A DNA stretch of 32,000 bases from Cupriavidus necator. Its GTDB lineage: Bacteria > Pseudomonadota > Gammaproteobacteria > Burkholderiales > Burkholderiaceae. The stretch lies in contig NZ_CP066018.1 of NCBI RefSeq assembly GCF_016127575.1, positions 2,730,001 through 2,762,000 of the forward strand, written 5' to 3'. The position numbers and the translations under genes are program-made. Shown piece by piece: positions 18,479 through 26,063 of the stretch; within the stretch, counting starts at the first letter, position 1; every line of letters starts with the position of its first letter. The notes under the pieces are model-generated. The model searched no databases. It was not told the origin of the DNA and worked only from the letters and a program-made list of their open reading frames with translations.

Positions 18479-19255
18479 ATGAGCGGCAAACGCAACGAGC
18501 GGCCCCACAAGGCCGTATCACCGAACCAATCTATGGGCCTGCTTTCGCTGTTTTCTTCCCGCAAGGGCAACGACCCGGCACCCGAGCGTGCGCGGCGCCA
18601 GCGCACCGACACGGGTGCAGGCATCGCCTCGTCGCGCCGTCTGGCCGATGACTATGCCGACGATACGCTCGACCCCGAATTCCCGCAGAAGCAGCGCGCG
18701 CGCCGCCGCCTGATCGGCGCCGTGGTGCTGATGGTGGCCGCCGTGATCGTGCTGCCGATCGTGTTCGAGACCAAGCCGCGGCCGGTGTCCGATGACGTCT
18801 CGGTAAAGGTCGCAAACGGGGTCACGGGCGCGCAGGGGGCGCAGAAGCCCCGCGTCGAGCCGCGCAAGGCCGACCCGCTGCCGCCCACGCCGGCGGCGCG
18901 CAATGATGCCGAGGCGCTCGACGCCGGCGAGGAAATCGTCAGCGCGCCCAAGCCCGCGGCCGCCGCAGCCGCTGCGGACAAGCCGGCGCAACGGGCTGAA
19001 GCCAAGCCCGAAGCCAAGCCGGGCAGCGGCAAGTACCTGATCCTGATCGGCGCCTTCTCTTCCGAAGAGCGCGCCAAGGGCTGGCTGGCCAAGCTCAAGG
19101 CGAGCAAGGTCCCGGCCTATGTCGAAAAGAAAATGCTGGCCGATGGCGAGCGCATCCTGCTGCGTGCCGGCCCCTTCAGCGACCGTGACGCCGCCGACGC
19201 CGCCGACAAGCGTGTGCGCGCGGTGGGGCTGACCTCGAAGGTCGTGGAACAGTAA
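18479..19255 (+). CDS. dedD: SPOR domain-containing (DedD-like) cell-division protein
   Basis: 258-aa ORF; an alternative start is ATG 18533 (MGLLSLF...). It has one TM segment (LIGAVVLMVAAVIVLPIVF), an Ala/Pro/Lys-rich linker and a C-terminal SPOR-like domain (KYLILIGAFSSEERAKGWLAKLKA...LLRAGPFSDRDAADAA). The symbol is assigned by position between folC and cvpA. Confidence 0.75.
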   Translation: MSGKRNERPHKAVSPNQSMGLLSLFSSRKGNDPAPERARRQRTDTGAGIASSRRLADDYADDTLDPEFPQKQRARRRLIGAVVLMVAAVIVLPIVFETKPRPVSDDVSVKVANGVTGAQGAQKPRVEPRKADPLPPTPAARNDAEALDAGEEIVSAPKPAAAAAAADKPAQRAEAKPEAKPGSGKYLILIGAFSSEERAKGWLAKLKASKVPAYVEKKMLADGERILLRAGPFSDRDAADAADKRVRAVGLTSKVVEQ

Positions 19256-19294
19256 GGGGCAAGCACGGCCGGCGCCTGTGCCCGGCCGCAAGCA

Positions 19295-19795
19295 ATGATG
19301 CAGCCGACTTTCTTCGACTATGCCGTGGTCTTCATCCTGCTGGCCTCGGGCGTGCTCGGCGTGCTGCGCGGCCTGGTGCGCGAGGTGCTCTCGCTGATCG
19401 GCTGGGTGGTGGCGTTCTGGGTGGCGTTCCGCTATGGCGCGGTGGCCGCGGGCTGGATGCCTGAATCGATGCCTGGCGGCGAGCTGGCGCGCCATGCGCT
19501 GGGTTTCGTGGTGCTGCTGATCGGCACCGTGCTGGGCGCCTCGCTGGCCGGCATGGTGGTCGGGCAGCTGCTGGAGAGCACCGGGCTCAAGCCCGCCGAC
19601 CGCGGGCTGGGACTGATGTTCGGCCTGCTGCGCGGCGTGCTGCTGGTGATGGTGATGGTCACGCTGGCCAGCCTGACCAAATTGCCGGAAGAACCGTTCT
19701 GGCGCGACGCGGTAAGCCGCCCTTATGTGATGCAGGCCATGGAATCGGTGAAGCCATGGCTGCCGCCGGAGCTGGCGAAGTACGTCAAGACATGA
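19295..19795 (+). CDS. cvpA: CvpA family (colicin V production) membrane protein
   Basis: 166-aa ORF for a four-TM protein with a CvpA-like N-terminus (FFDYAVVFILLASGVLGVLRGLVREVLSL). It sits directly upstream of purF. Confidence 0.9.
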   Translation: MMQPTFFDYAVVFILLASGVLGVLRGLVREVLSLIGWVVAFWVAFRYGAVAAGWMPESMPGGELARHALGFVVLLIGTVLGASLAGMVVGQLLESTGLKPADRGLGLMFGLLRGVLLVMVMVTLASLTKLPEEPFWRDAVSRPYVMQAMESVKPWLPPELAKYVKT

Positions 19796-19899
19796 AGCCG
19801 GGCATGGTGCCCGGTCGGTAGTACGCAGGCCTTTGGGTCCGGGGGATTTCCGGACCAGGCTGCGCCCCCTGATTCAAAGCCTTTCCTGGGAGCTTGGCA

Positions 19900-21429
19900 A
19901 TGTGCGGTATCGTCGGCGTGGTTTCAGCCACGCCTGTCAACCAATTGATTTACGACAGCCTGCTGTTGTTGCAACATCGCGGACAGGATGCTGCCGGCAT
20001 CGCCACCGCCAACGGCAGTACTTTCCACATGCACAAGGCCAACGGCCTGGTGCGCGATGTCTTCCGCACCCGCAATATGCGCAGCCTGCCCGGCGCCGCC
20101 GGTATCGGCCAGGTGCGCTATCCGACCGCTGGCTCGGCATCCAGCGAGGAAGAAGCGCAGCCGTTCTACGTGAACGCGCCCTATGGCGTGATCCTGGCGC
20201 ATAACGGCAACCTGACCAACTGGGAGCAGCTGCGCGAGGAGATGTTCCGCCGCGACCGCCGCCACATCAACACGCATTCGGACACCGAAGTGCTGCTGAA
20301 CGTGCTGGCCGACGAGCTGCAGCGCGCCAGCAACGGCATGGCGCTGGACCCGGACACCATCTTCACGGCGGTCAGCGGCCTGCACCGCCGCGTACGCGGC
20401 TCGTATGCCATTGCCGCGCAGATCGCCGGCTACGGCATGCTGGCGGTGCGCGACCCGTTCGGCATCCGCCCGCTGTGCCTGGGCAGCGTCGAGACCCCCA
20501 CCGGCAAGGAGTGGATGGTGGCATCCGAGTCCGTGGCGCTGGAAGGCATCGGCTACAAGCTCGAGCGCGACGTGGCGCCGGGCGAGGCCATCTTCATCGA
20601 CCTGGATGGCAAGCTCTACAGCAAGCAGTGCGCCGAGAACGCGGTGCTGACGCCGTGCATTTTCGAGTACGTCTACCTGGCCCGCCCGGATTCGTGCATC
20701 GACGGCGTGCCGGTCTATGACGCGCGCCTGCGCATGGGCGACTACCTGGCCGAGAAGATCCGCCAGGAAGTGTCAGCCGGCGATGTCGACGTGGTCATGC
20801 CGATTCCCGATTCCAGCCGTCCGGCCGCGATGCAGGTGGCCAACCGCCTGGGCGTGAACTACCGCGAAGGCTTCTTCAAGAACCGCTACGTCGGCCGCAC
20901 CTTCATCATGCCCGGCCAGGCGGTGCGCAAGAAGTCGGTGCGCCAGAAGCTCAATGCCATGGGCGTGGAGTTCAAGGGCAAGAACGTGCTGATCGTCGAT
21001 GACTCGATCGTGCGCGGCACCACCTCGTTCGAGATCGTGCAGATGGCGCGCGATGCCGGCGCCAACAAGGTGATCTTCGCCTCGGCCGCGCCGCCGGTGA
21101 AGTACCCCAACGTGTATGGCATCGACATGCCGACCCGCAGCGAGCTGGTGGCCCATAACCGCACCCACGAAGAGATTGCGAAGATCATCGGCGCGGACAA
21201 GCTGGTGTACCAGGACGTGGAAGCGATGAAGCAGGCCGTGCGCGACATCAACCCGGCGCTGAAGGACTTCGATGCTTCGTGCTTCGATGGCCGCTACATC
21301 ACCGGCGATATCGACGAGGCCTACCTGAACCGCCTGGAAACGGCGCGCAGCCAGGCCGACCGCGACGGCACCAATGGCGACACCGAGCGCTCGCAACTGC
21401 ACCTGCAGCGCTCCGGCGGCAACGAGTAA
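19900..21429 (+). CDS. purF: Amidophosphoribosyltransferase
   Basis: ORF 19894..21429. The start is set at ATG 19900 so that the mature N-terminus is the catalytic Cys (MCGIVGV), with GGGAG upstream. Contains the PRTase motif VLIVDDSIVRGTT. Confidence 0.97.
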   Translation: MCGIVGVVSATPVNQLIYDSLLLLQHRGQDAAGIATANGSTFHMHKANGLVRDVFRTRNMRSLPGAAGIGQVRYPTAGSASSEEEAQPFYVNAPYGVILAHNGNLTNWEQLREEMFRRDRRHINTHSDTEVLLNVLADELQRASNGMALDPDTIFTAVSGLHRRVRGSYAIAAQIAGYGMLAVRDPFGIRPLCLGSVETPTGKEWMVASESVALEGIGYKLERDVAPGEAIFIDLDGKLYSKQCAENAVLTPCIFEYVYLARPDSCIDGVPVYDARLRMGDYLAEKIRQEVSAGDVDVVMPIPDSSRPAAMQVANRLGVNYREGFFKNRYVGRTFIMPGQAVRKKSVRQKLNAMGVEFKGKNVLIVDDSIVRGTTSFEIVQMARDAGANKVIFASAAPPVKYPNVYGIDMPTRSELVAHNRTHEEIAKIIGADKLVYQDVEAMKQAVRDINPALKDFDASCFDGRYITGDIDEAYLNRLETARSQADRDGTNGDTERSQLHLQRSGGNE

Positions 21430-21452
21430 GCCGTGCCGCCGCTGTCCGCGCG

Positions 21453-21481
21453 TTGACGAATGCGGAGCCCGGCCGTAACAT
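21453..21481 (+). promoter_or_regulatory. Candidate sigma70 promoter in the purF-metZ spacer
   Basis: TTGACG (21453-21458), 17-bp spacer, TAACAT (21476-21481). The predicted start is near 21488. It overlaps a GC hairpin (21467-21489) that may also act as a weak purF terminator. Confidence 0.35.
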
Positions 21482-21487
21482 GGCCGG

Positions 21488-21686
21488 GCGTCGATTTGAT
21501 AGTCAGCTTGCGGACGCGGGTCCAGCCCGAAACAGCTAAAGAGATGGCGGTCAGCAACGATTCCCGATGCGCAGTGCCTTCGCGGCGCAGCGATTTCCGG
21601 AAGCCGGCCGCCACAGCCTGAAGCCGAAGGCCATTCGCAGAACAGCAAGCCCGTCGATCCGACCACCCGATCGCACGGGCTTTTTT
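21488..21686 (+). ncRNA. Candidate cis-regulatory leader RNA (riboswitch/attenuator) or small RNA upstream of metZ
   Basis: The unit is bounded by the promoter-like element above and by a strong intrinsic terminator at 21649-21686. No credible ORF lies inside. See findings. Confidence 0.35.
21649..21686 (+). terminator. Strong intrinsic terminator 83 nt upstream of the metZ start codon
   Basis: GCCCGTCGATC (21649-21659) pairs with GATCGCACGGGC (21669-21680), 11 bp with one bulged C and a 9-nt loop. TTTTTT (21681-21686) follows immediately. Confidence 0.8.
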
Positions 21687-21769
21687 CATGGCCGCGCGCC
21701 GGTCCACCTGGCCGGCGCCGGCTCGTCGAAACCATCGCATTCGCGCGGGTACGACCGCGCTCCACCAGC

Positions 21770-22975
21770 ATGAACGAACCGCTCAACCCCGAATCGCTCG
21801 GCATCGACACCCTCGGCGTGCGCGCCGGCACGCTGCGCAGCGAATTCATGGAGCACTCCGAAGCCATTTACCTGACCTCGAGCTTCTGCTTCAACAGCGC
21901 CGCCGAGGCCGCCGAACGCTTCGCCAACTCGGAAGAGGGCTTCACCTACTCGCGCTTCACCAACCCGACCGTGTCGATGTTCCAGTCGCGCCTGGCCGCG
22001 CTGGAAGGCGCGCAGGCCTGCATGGCGACCGCCTCGGGCATGAGCGCGATCCTGTCGGTGGTGCTGTCGTCGATGCAGGCGGGCGACCACCTGGTCAGCT
22101 CGCGCGCGATCTTCGGCTCGACCATGACGCTGTTCGGCAATATCTTCTCGAAGTTCGGCGTCGAGACCACCTTCGTCGACCCGAGCGACCTGAACGCATG
22201 GCGCGCCGCGGTGCGCCCGAACACCAAGCTGCTCTTCCTGGAAACGCCGTCGAACCCGCTGACCGAAGTGGCCGATATCGCCGCCGTGGCCGACATCGCC
22301 CACGACGCCGGCGCGCTGCTGGTGGTCGACAACTGCTTCTGTTCGCCGGCGCTGCAGCAGCCGATGAAGTTCGGCGCCGACATCGTGGTGCATTCGGCCA
22401 CCAAGCATATCGACGGCCAGGGCCGCGTGCTGGGCGGCGCGGTGCTGGGCTCGCACGACTTCATCATGGGCAAGGTGTTCCCGTTCGTTCGCACCGCGGG
22501 CCCGACGCTGTCGGCGTTCAACGCCTGGGTGCTGCTCAAGGGCATGGAGACGCTGGCGATCCGCATGGAACGCCATTCGGCCAGCGCGCTGGCGCTGGCG
22601 CAGTTCCTGGAATCGCATCCGGCGGTGGCGCGCGTGTTCCACCCGGCGCTGAAGTCGCACCCGCAGCACGAGATCGCCATGCGCCAGCAAAGCGGCGGCG
22701 GCGCGATCGTGTCGTTCGAGCTGAAGGGCGCCACGCCCGAGCAGCAGCGGGCCAATGCCTGGCGCGTGATCGACAACACCCGGCTGTGCTCGATCACCGG
22801 CAACCTGGGCGACACCCGCACCACCATCACGCACCCGTACACCACCACGCACGCGCGCGTGAGCCCCGAGGCCAAGGCGGCCGCGGGCGTCGGCGAAGGG
22901 CTGATCCGGCTGGCGGTGGGGCTGGAGTCGGTCGATGACCTGAAGGCCGACCTGCTGCGCGGCCTGGGCGACTGA
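21770..22975 (+). CDS. metZ: O-succinylhomoserine sulfhydrylase (PLP-dependent, Cys/Met metabolism family)
   Basis: 401-aa ORF with MetZ-like sequence (TLGVRAG...EAIYLTSSFCFNSAAEAAERF, PLP-lysine context HSATKHIDGQGR). The purF-metZ adjacency is the same as in Pseudomonas. Confidence 0.9.
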   Translation: MNEPLNPESLGIDTLGVRAGTLRSEFMEHSEAIYLTSSFCFNSAAEAAERFANSEEGFTYSRFTNPTVSMFQSRLAALEGAQACMATASGMSAILSVVLSSMQAGDHLVSSRAIFGSTMTLFGNIFSKFGVETTFVDPSDLNAWRAAVRPNTKLLFLETPSNPLTEVADIAAVADIAHDAGALLVVDNCFCSPALQQPMKFGADIVVHSATKHIDGQGRVLGGAVLGSHDFIMGKVFPFVRTAGPTLSAFNAWVLLKGMETLAIRMERHSASALALAQFLESHPAVARVFHPALKSHPQHEIAMRQQSGGGAIVSFELKGATPEQQRANAWRVIDNTRLCSITGNLGDTRTTITHPYTTTHARVSPEAKAAAGVGEGLIRLAVGLESVDDLKADLLRGLGD

Positions 22976-22979
22976 GGGC

Positions 22980-23234
22980 TTACTGCGCCGGCTGTGGCGG
23001 CTGTGCAGGTTGTGGCGACGGGGGCGGCGCGGGTTCGTCGCTGCCGGCCACGGCCTTCACGCCTGCGGCCGTGACGTCGTAGGTGGTGCTGACCGCGGTT
23101 GTCGCCACGCTGACGGCGGCCGATCCGACGGTAGCCACCGTCGACACCGCGGCACTACCCACGGCCATCACCATGCACCCGGCCAGTGACGCCGTGGCGC
23201 ATGCGGCCGCCAGCGCCAGGACGGTGCGCTGCAA
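22980..23234 (-). CDS. Small putative lipoprotein (hypothetical)
   Basis: The minus-strand ORF is open over 22980..23303. The best biological start is TTG 23234, which gives [20 protein letters not shown], a classic lipoprotein signal with lipobox LAGC. GGAGA lies about 10 nt upstream. Alternative starts are ATG 23297 and GTG 23303; both would overlap the divergent sugE start. The mature part is Ala/Val/Ser/Thr-rich with a Pro/Gln-rich tail ([17 protein letters not shown]). GC3 is lower than in neighbouring genes. Confidence 0.5.
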   Translation of the reverse strand: MQRTVLALAAACATASLAGCMVMAVGSAAVSTVATVGSAAVSVATTAVSTTYDVTAAGVKAVAGSDEPAPPPSPQPAQPPQPAQ

Positions 23235-23290
23235 GGTGGCGGAATCTCCGCTATCGTTGCGCACGTTGCGACGCAATCCGAGAAATCGAT

Positions 23291-23611
23291 ATGGCATGGA
23301 CACTGCTGGCCCTGGCAGGGCTGTTCGAGGTGGTGTGGGCGATCGGGCTGAAGTACACCGAAGGTTTTACGCGGCTGGTGCCCAGCGTCATCACGCTGAT
23401 CGGCATGGCCATCAGCGTGCTGCTGCTGGCGCTGGCGCTGCGGCATATCCCGGTCGGGACCGGCTATGCTGTCTGGACCGGGATTGGCGCGGTCGGCACC
23501 GCGATCCTCGGCATCATACTCTTCAATGAGCCCGCCACTGCGGCGCGGCTGGCCTGCATCGGCCTGATCGTGTGCGGGATTGCCGGGCTCAAGCTCGTGG
23601 GCAGCGCCTGA
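23291..23611 (+). CDS. sugE: SMR-family small multidrug resistance protein, SugE/Gdx type (guanidinium or quaternary-ammonium exporter)
   Basis: ORF 23186..23611. I place the start at ATG 23291 ([26 protein letters not shown]), giving 106 aa, four TM helices, and the conserved membrane-embedded Glu (FEVVWA). Confidence 0.88.
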   Translation: MAWTLLALAGLFEVVWAIGLKYTEGFTRLVPSVITLIGMAISVLLLALALRHIPVGTGYAVWTGIGAVGTAILGIILFNEPATAARLACIGLIVCGIAGLKLVGSA

Positions 23612-23630
23612 GGCCCGGCATGCGGCAGTC

Positions 23631-24494
23631 TTAGCGCAGCAGCCGGCGGCGCAGCAGCATCAGGCACACTACCAGCGCCACCATTGCATAGGCGCCCAGT
23701 ACCGCCAGGTGCAGGCCGACATCCTCCGACGGACGGCCCAGCATCAGCGGCCGGATCAGCGCCACCGCATGCGCCAGCGGCAGTACCTTGGTGGCTGCCT
23801 GCACGCCCTCGGGCAACTGTTCCAGCGGGAAGAACACGCCCGACAGCAGCAGCATCGGCGTCATCACCAGGGTCTGGTAGAACATGAAGAAGTCGTAGCT
23901 GGGCGCCAGCGCGGTGACAGTCATCGCCAGCGCGGCAAAGGCAATGCCGGCCAGCACGATCACCGGCAGCGCCAGCAGCGCGCCGGGCATCTGCGCATAG
24001 CCGAGCGCACCCGCCACCAGCATGATGGCCAGCCCGGACAGTACCGCCTTGCTGGCCGCCCAGGCGATCTCGCCCAGCACCACGTCGCCCAGCGTCAGCG
24101 GGGCATGCATGATCGCCTCCCAGGTGCGCTGCACGTGCATGCGCGAGAACGCCGAATACATCGACTCGAAGCTGGCCGACATCATCACGCTGGACGCGGT
24201 GGTGCCGGCGGCCAGGAAGGCGATATACGACACCCCGTTGACCTGGCCCACCATCAGCCCCAGCCCGAGGCCGAGGCCGAACAGGTAAATCATCGGGTCG
24301 GCGAGGTTGCCGATCATCGACGGGATGGCCAGCTTCTTCCACACCATGTAGTTGCGGTACCAGACCATCATCCAGTTGCGCAGGTTGCGCGGCAGCAGCG
24401 GCTGCGGATAGCGCTGGCGCGGCGTCGCGGCGGCGTGGCCGCCAGCGGCCGCGGGGGCAGTGGTGGTATCCGCGCGGGGATCCTGTTCGCTCAT
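23631..24494 (-). CDS. nodJ: ABC-2 type transporter permease, NodJ-like
   Basis: 287-aa ORF with six predicted TM segments and strong NodJ-family resemblance (WMMVWYRNYMVWKK, ADPMIYLFGLG, LPLAHAVALIRPL). SD GAGGGA lies upstream, 14 nt after the nodI stop. Confidence 0.85.
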   Translation of the reverse strand: MSEQDPRADTTTAPAAAGGHAAATPRQRYPQPLLPRNLRNWMMVWYRNYMVWKKLAIPSMIGNLADPMIYLFGLGLGLGLMVGQVNGVSYIAFLAAGTTASSVMMSASFESMYSAFSRMHVQRTWEAIMHAPLTLGDVVLGEIAWAASKAVLSGLAIMLVAGALGYAQMPGALLALPVIVLAGIAFAALAMTVTALAPSYDFFMFYQTLVMTPMLLLSGVFFPLEQLPEGVQAATKVLPLAHAVALIRPLMLGRPSEDVGLHLAVLGAYAMVALVVCLMLLRRRLLR

Positions 24495-24508
24495 GTCAGT
24501 CCCTCGGT

Positions 24509-25453
24509 TCAGTCCCGCATCTCGCGGCCGGTCAGCTTGAGGAACACGTCCTCCAGGTTGGCCGGGCGGTGCAGGTAGCGCACGCCGTTCCTGCCGTGCA
24601 GCGCCGCCAGCAGCGGGGCGGGCTCGCGCACATAGCAGAACAGCGTCTCGCCGCTCATTTCAGTACGTTGCGCCAGCGGCGTCAGGCTGCCGCGCAGCGT
24701 GTCCAGTTCATCGCCATAGACCTCGACCACGTCGCAGCCGATCTGGCTGTCGATCAGCTCGTGCGGCTTGCCTTCGGCAATCTTGCGGCCGCCGTCGATC
24801 ACGCACAGGTAGTTGCACAGCCGTTCGGCCTCTTCCATGAAGTGCGTGGTCAGCAGGATGGTCTTGCCGCTGGCCATCAGCGACTTCAGGCGCTCCCAGA
24901 TCAGGTGGCGCGCCTGCGGGTCCAGGCCGGTGGTGGGCTCGTCCATCACCAGCAGGTCAGGGTCGTTGATCAGCGCGCGTGCCACCGTCAGGCGCCGGCG
25001 CATGCCGCCGGAGAGGTCGCGCACCTGCGCATCGGCGCGGTTTTCCAGCCGGGCGAATTCCAGCAGCATCGGCACGCGCCGCTCGATCTCGGCCGACGAC
25101 AGTCCGAAGTAGCGCCCGAAGATGCGCAGGTTCTCGATCACCGAGAAATCCGGGTCGAGGTTGTCGAACTGCGGCACCACGCCCACGCGCATGCGCGCCT
25201 GCGGCGCGCGCTCGGGGATGGGCTCGCCGCACAGCGTGAGCGTGCCGGCCATGGGCGTGGTCAGGCCCAGCAGCAGGCGCAGCGTGGTGGTCTTGCCGGC
25301 GCCGTTGGGCCCCAGCAGGCCGAAGCACTGGCCGCGAAATACCTGGAGATCGAGGTCGTCGACCACGACCGTGTCGCCGTATTGCTTGCGCACCTTGCGC
25401 AACTCTAGGATGGCAGTCAAGGCAGGGTCCGGTGTGGCGCCGCACGGGCGCAA
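24509..25453 (-). CDS. nodI: ABC transporter ATP-binding protein, NodI-like
   Basis: 314-aa ORF. Walker [10 protein letters not shown], signature [15 protein letters not shown], Walker B LLVMDEP. There is no in-frame ATG upstream of the first beta-strand. Possible starts are TTG 25453 or TTG 25420 ([10 protein letters not shown]), so the start is uncertain. Confidence 0.88.
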   Translation of the reverse strand: MRPCGATPDPALTAILELRKVRKQYGDTVVVDDLDLQVFRGQCFGLLGPNGAGKTTTLRLLLGLTTPMAGTLTLCGEPIPERAPQARMRVGVVPQFDNLDPDFSVIENLRIFGRYFGLSSAEIERRVPMLLEFARLENRADAQVRDLSGGMRRRLTVARALINDPDLLVMDEPTTGLDPQARHLIWERLKSLMASGKTILLTTHFMEEAERLCNYLCVIDGGRKIAEGKPHELIDSQIGCDVVEVYGDELDTLRGSLTPLAQRTEMSGETLFCYVREPAPLLAALHGRNGVRYLHRPANLEDVFLKLTGREMRD

Positions 25454-25552
25454 TATCCGCCATTATGCCGGTCATCGGCGCAATGCTCAGGTGGCGCAGT
25501 GCAGCAAAAGCCGCGGCGGCAAGGCGCAGCGGGGGCCGGCCTGGGCGCGAGG

Positions 25553-25590
25553 CATAAAAAAACCGCCAGCGAACTGGCGGTTTTTTTATG
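25553..25590 (-). terminator. Intrinsic (symmetric A-run / T-run) terminator after rpsU
   Basis: AAAAAAACCGCCAG-CGAA-CTGGCGGTTTTTTT forms an 8-bp GC stem (25562-25569 with 25574-25581) flanked by an A-run and a T-run. It lies about 35 nt downstream of the rpsU stop on the minus strand and separates rpsU from nodI. Confidence 0.9.
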
Positions 25591-25622
25591 CCCGGCGGTG
25601 CCAGGCGGCGAAGCGTACCGGA

Positions 25623-25835
25623 TCAGTACATCTTCTTCGGCAGCATCTGCATGCGCAGGCGCTTGCGCAGACGCGCTTCGGCGGCCTTCTTCTTGCGCTT
25701 GCGCTCGGTCGTCGGCTTCTCGTAAGCGGTGCGGCTCTTGAGTTCAACGATCAGGCCAGTCTGCAGAATGGCGCGACGGAAGCGCCGCATTGCAACTTCA
25801 ACGGGCTCACCGGGTTTCAAGACGATCTTAGTCAA
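25623..25835 (-). CDS. rpsU: 30S ribosomal protein S21
   Basis: 70-aa [73 protein letters not shown], a typical betaproteobacterial bS21. The start codon is TTG (25835), with AAGGA 5 nt upstream. Confidence 0.92.
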   Translation of the reverse strand: MTKIVLKPGEPVEVAMRRFRRAILQTGLIVELKSRTAYEKPTTERKRKKKAAEARLRKRLRMQMLPKKMY

Positions 25836-26063
25836 TTCAGTCCTTTAGGGGATTGCCGCAAGGAGCGGCTGGTTCACACGGGGGGAAACTGCGGTCGCCG
25901 GAGCGACTGGTATTGCACGCCGGGCTAATGCCCTGGTGCGCCCCCGCGAACCTGAAAGATGTGGACGTTTCAGTCCGTGCAACCAGTGTCAGGGGTGATA
26001 GCGCCAGGTCCTATACAACTGGAGCCTGACAGTACCGGTTTCCATGAATGCTATACGCCCGTA

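Noticed and set aside
21567-21773. A 68-aa ORF in the purF-metZ spacer, and the 25-codon ORF starting at ATG 21544.
   Set aside because: The 68-aa ORF reads through the strong intrinsic terminator at 21649-21686 and overlaps the metZ start. It is Arg/Pro/Ser-rich with no SD. The 25-codon ORF has its SD-like AAGAG abutting the ATG and no Met or Cys enrichment that would suggest a leader peptide.
23186-23290. A guanidine riboswitch (ykkC, mini-ykkC or ykkC-III) upstream of sugE/gdx, which is a common association.
   Set aside because: I found no pair of GC hairpins with ACGR tetraloops. The ACGG at about 23220 and the ACGT/ACGC near 23265 have non-complementary flanks. The partial similarities (CCAGGACGGTGCGC, TCCGAGA) are short and lack the rest of the ykkC or ykkC-III consensus as I remember it. 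The region is also coding on the opposite strand.
25122-25928. A 268-aa plus-strand ORF spanning the nodI 5' end, the rpsU terminator and rpsU.
   Set aside because: It crosses a strong bidirectional terminator and two well-supported minus-strand genes. Its sequence is low-complexity and Arg/Ser-rich.
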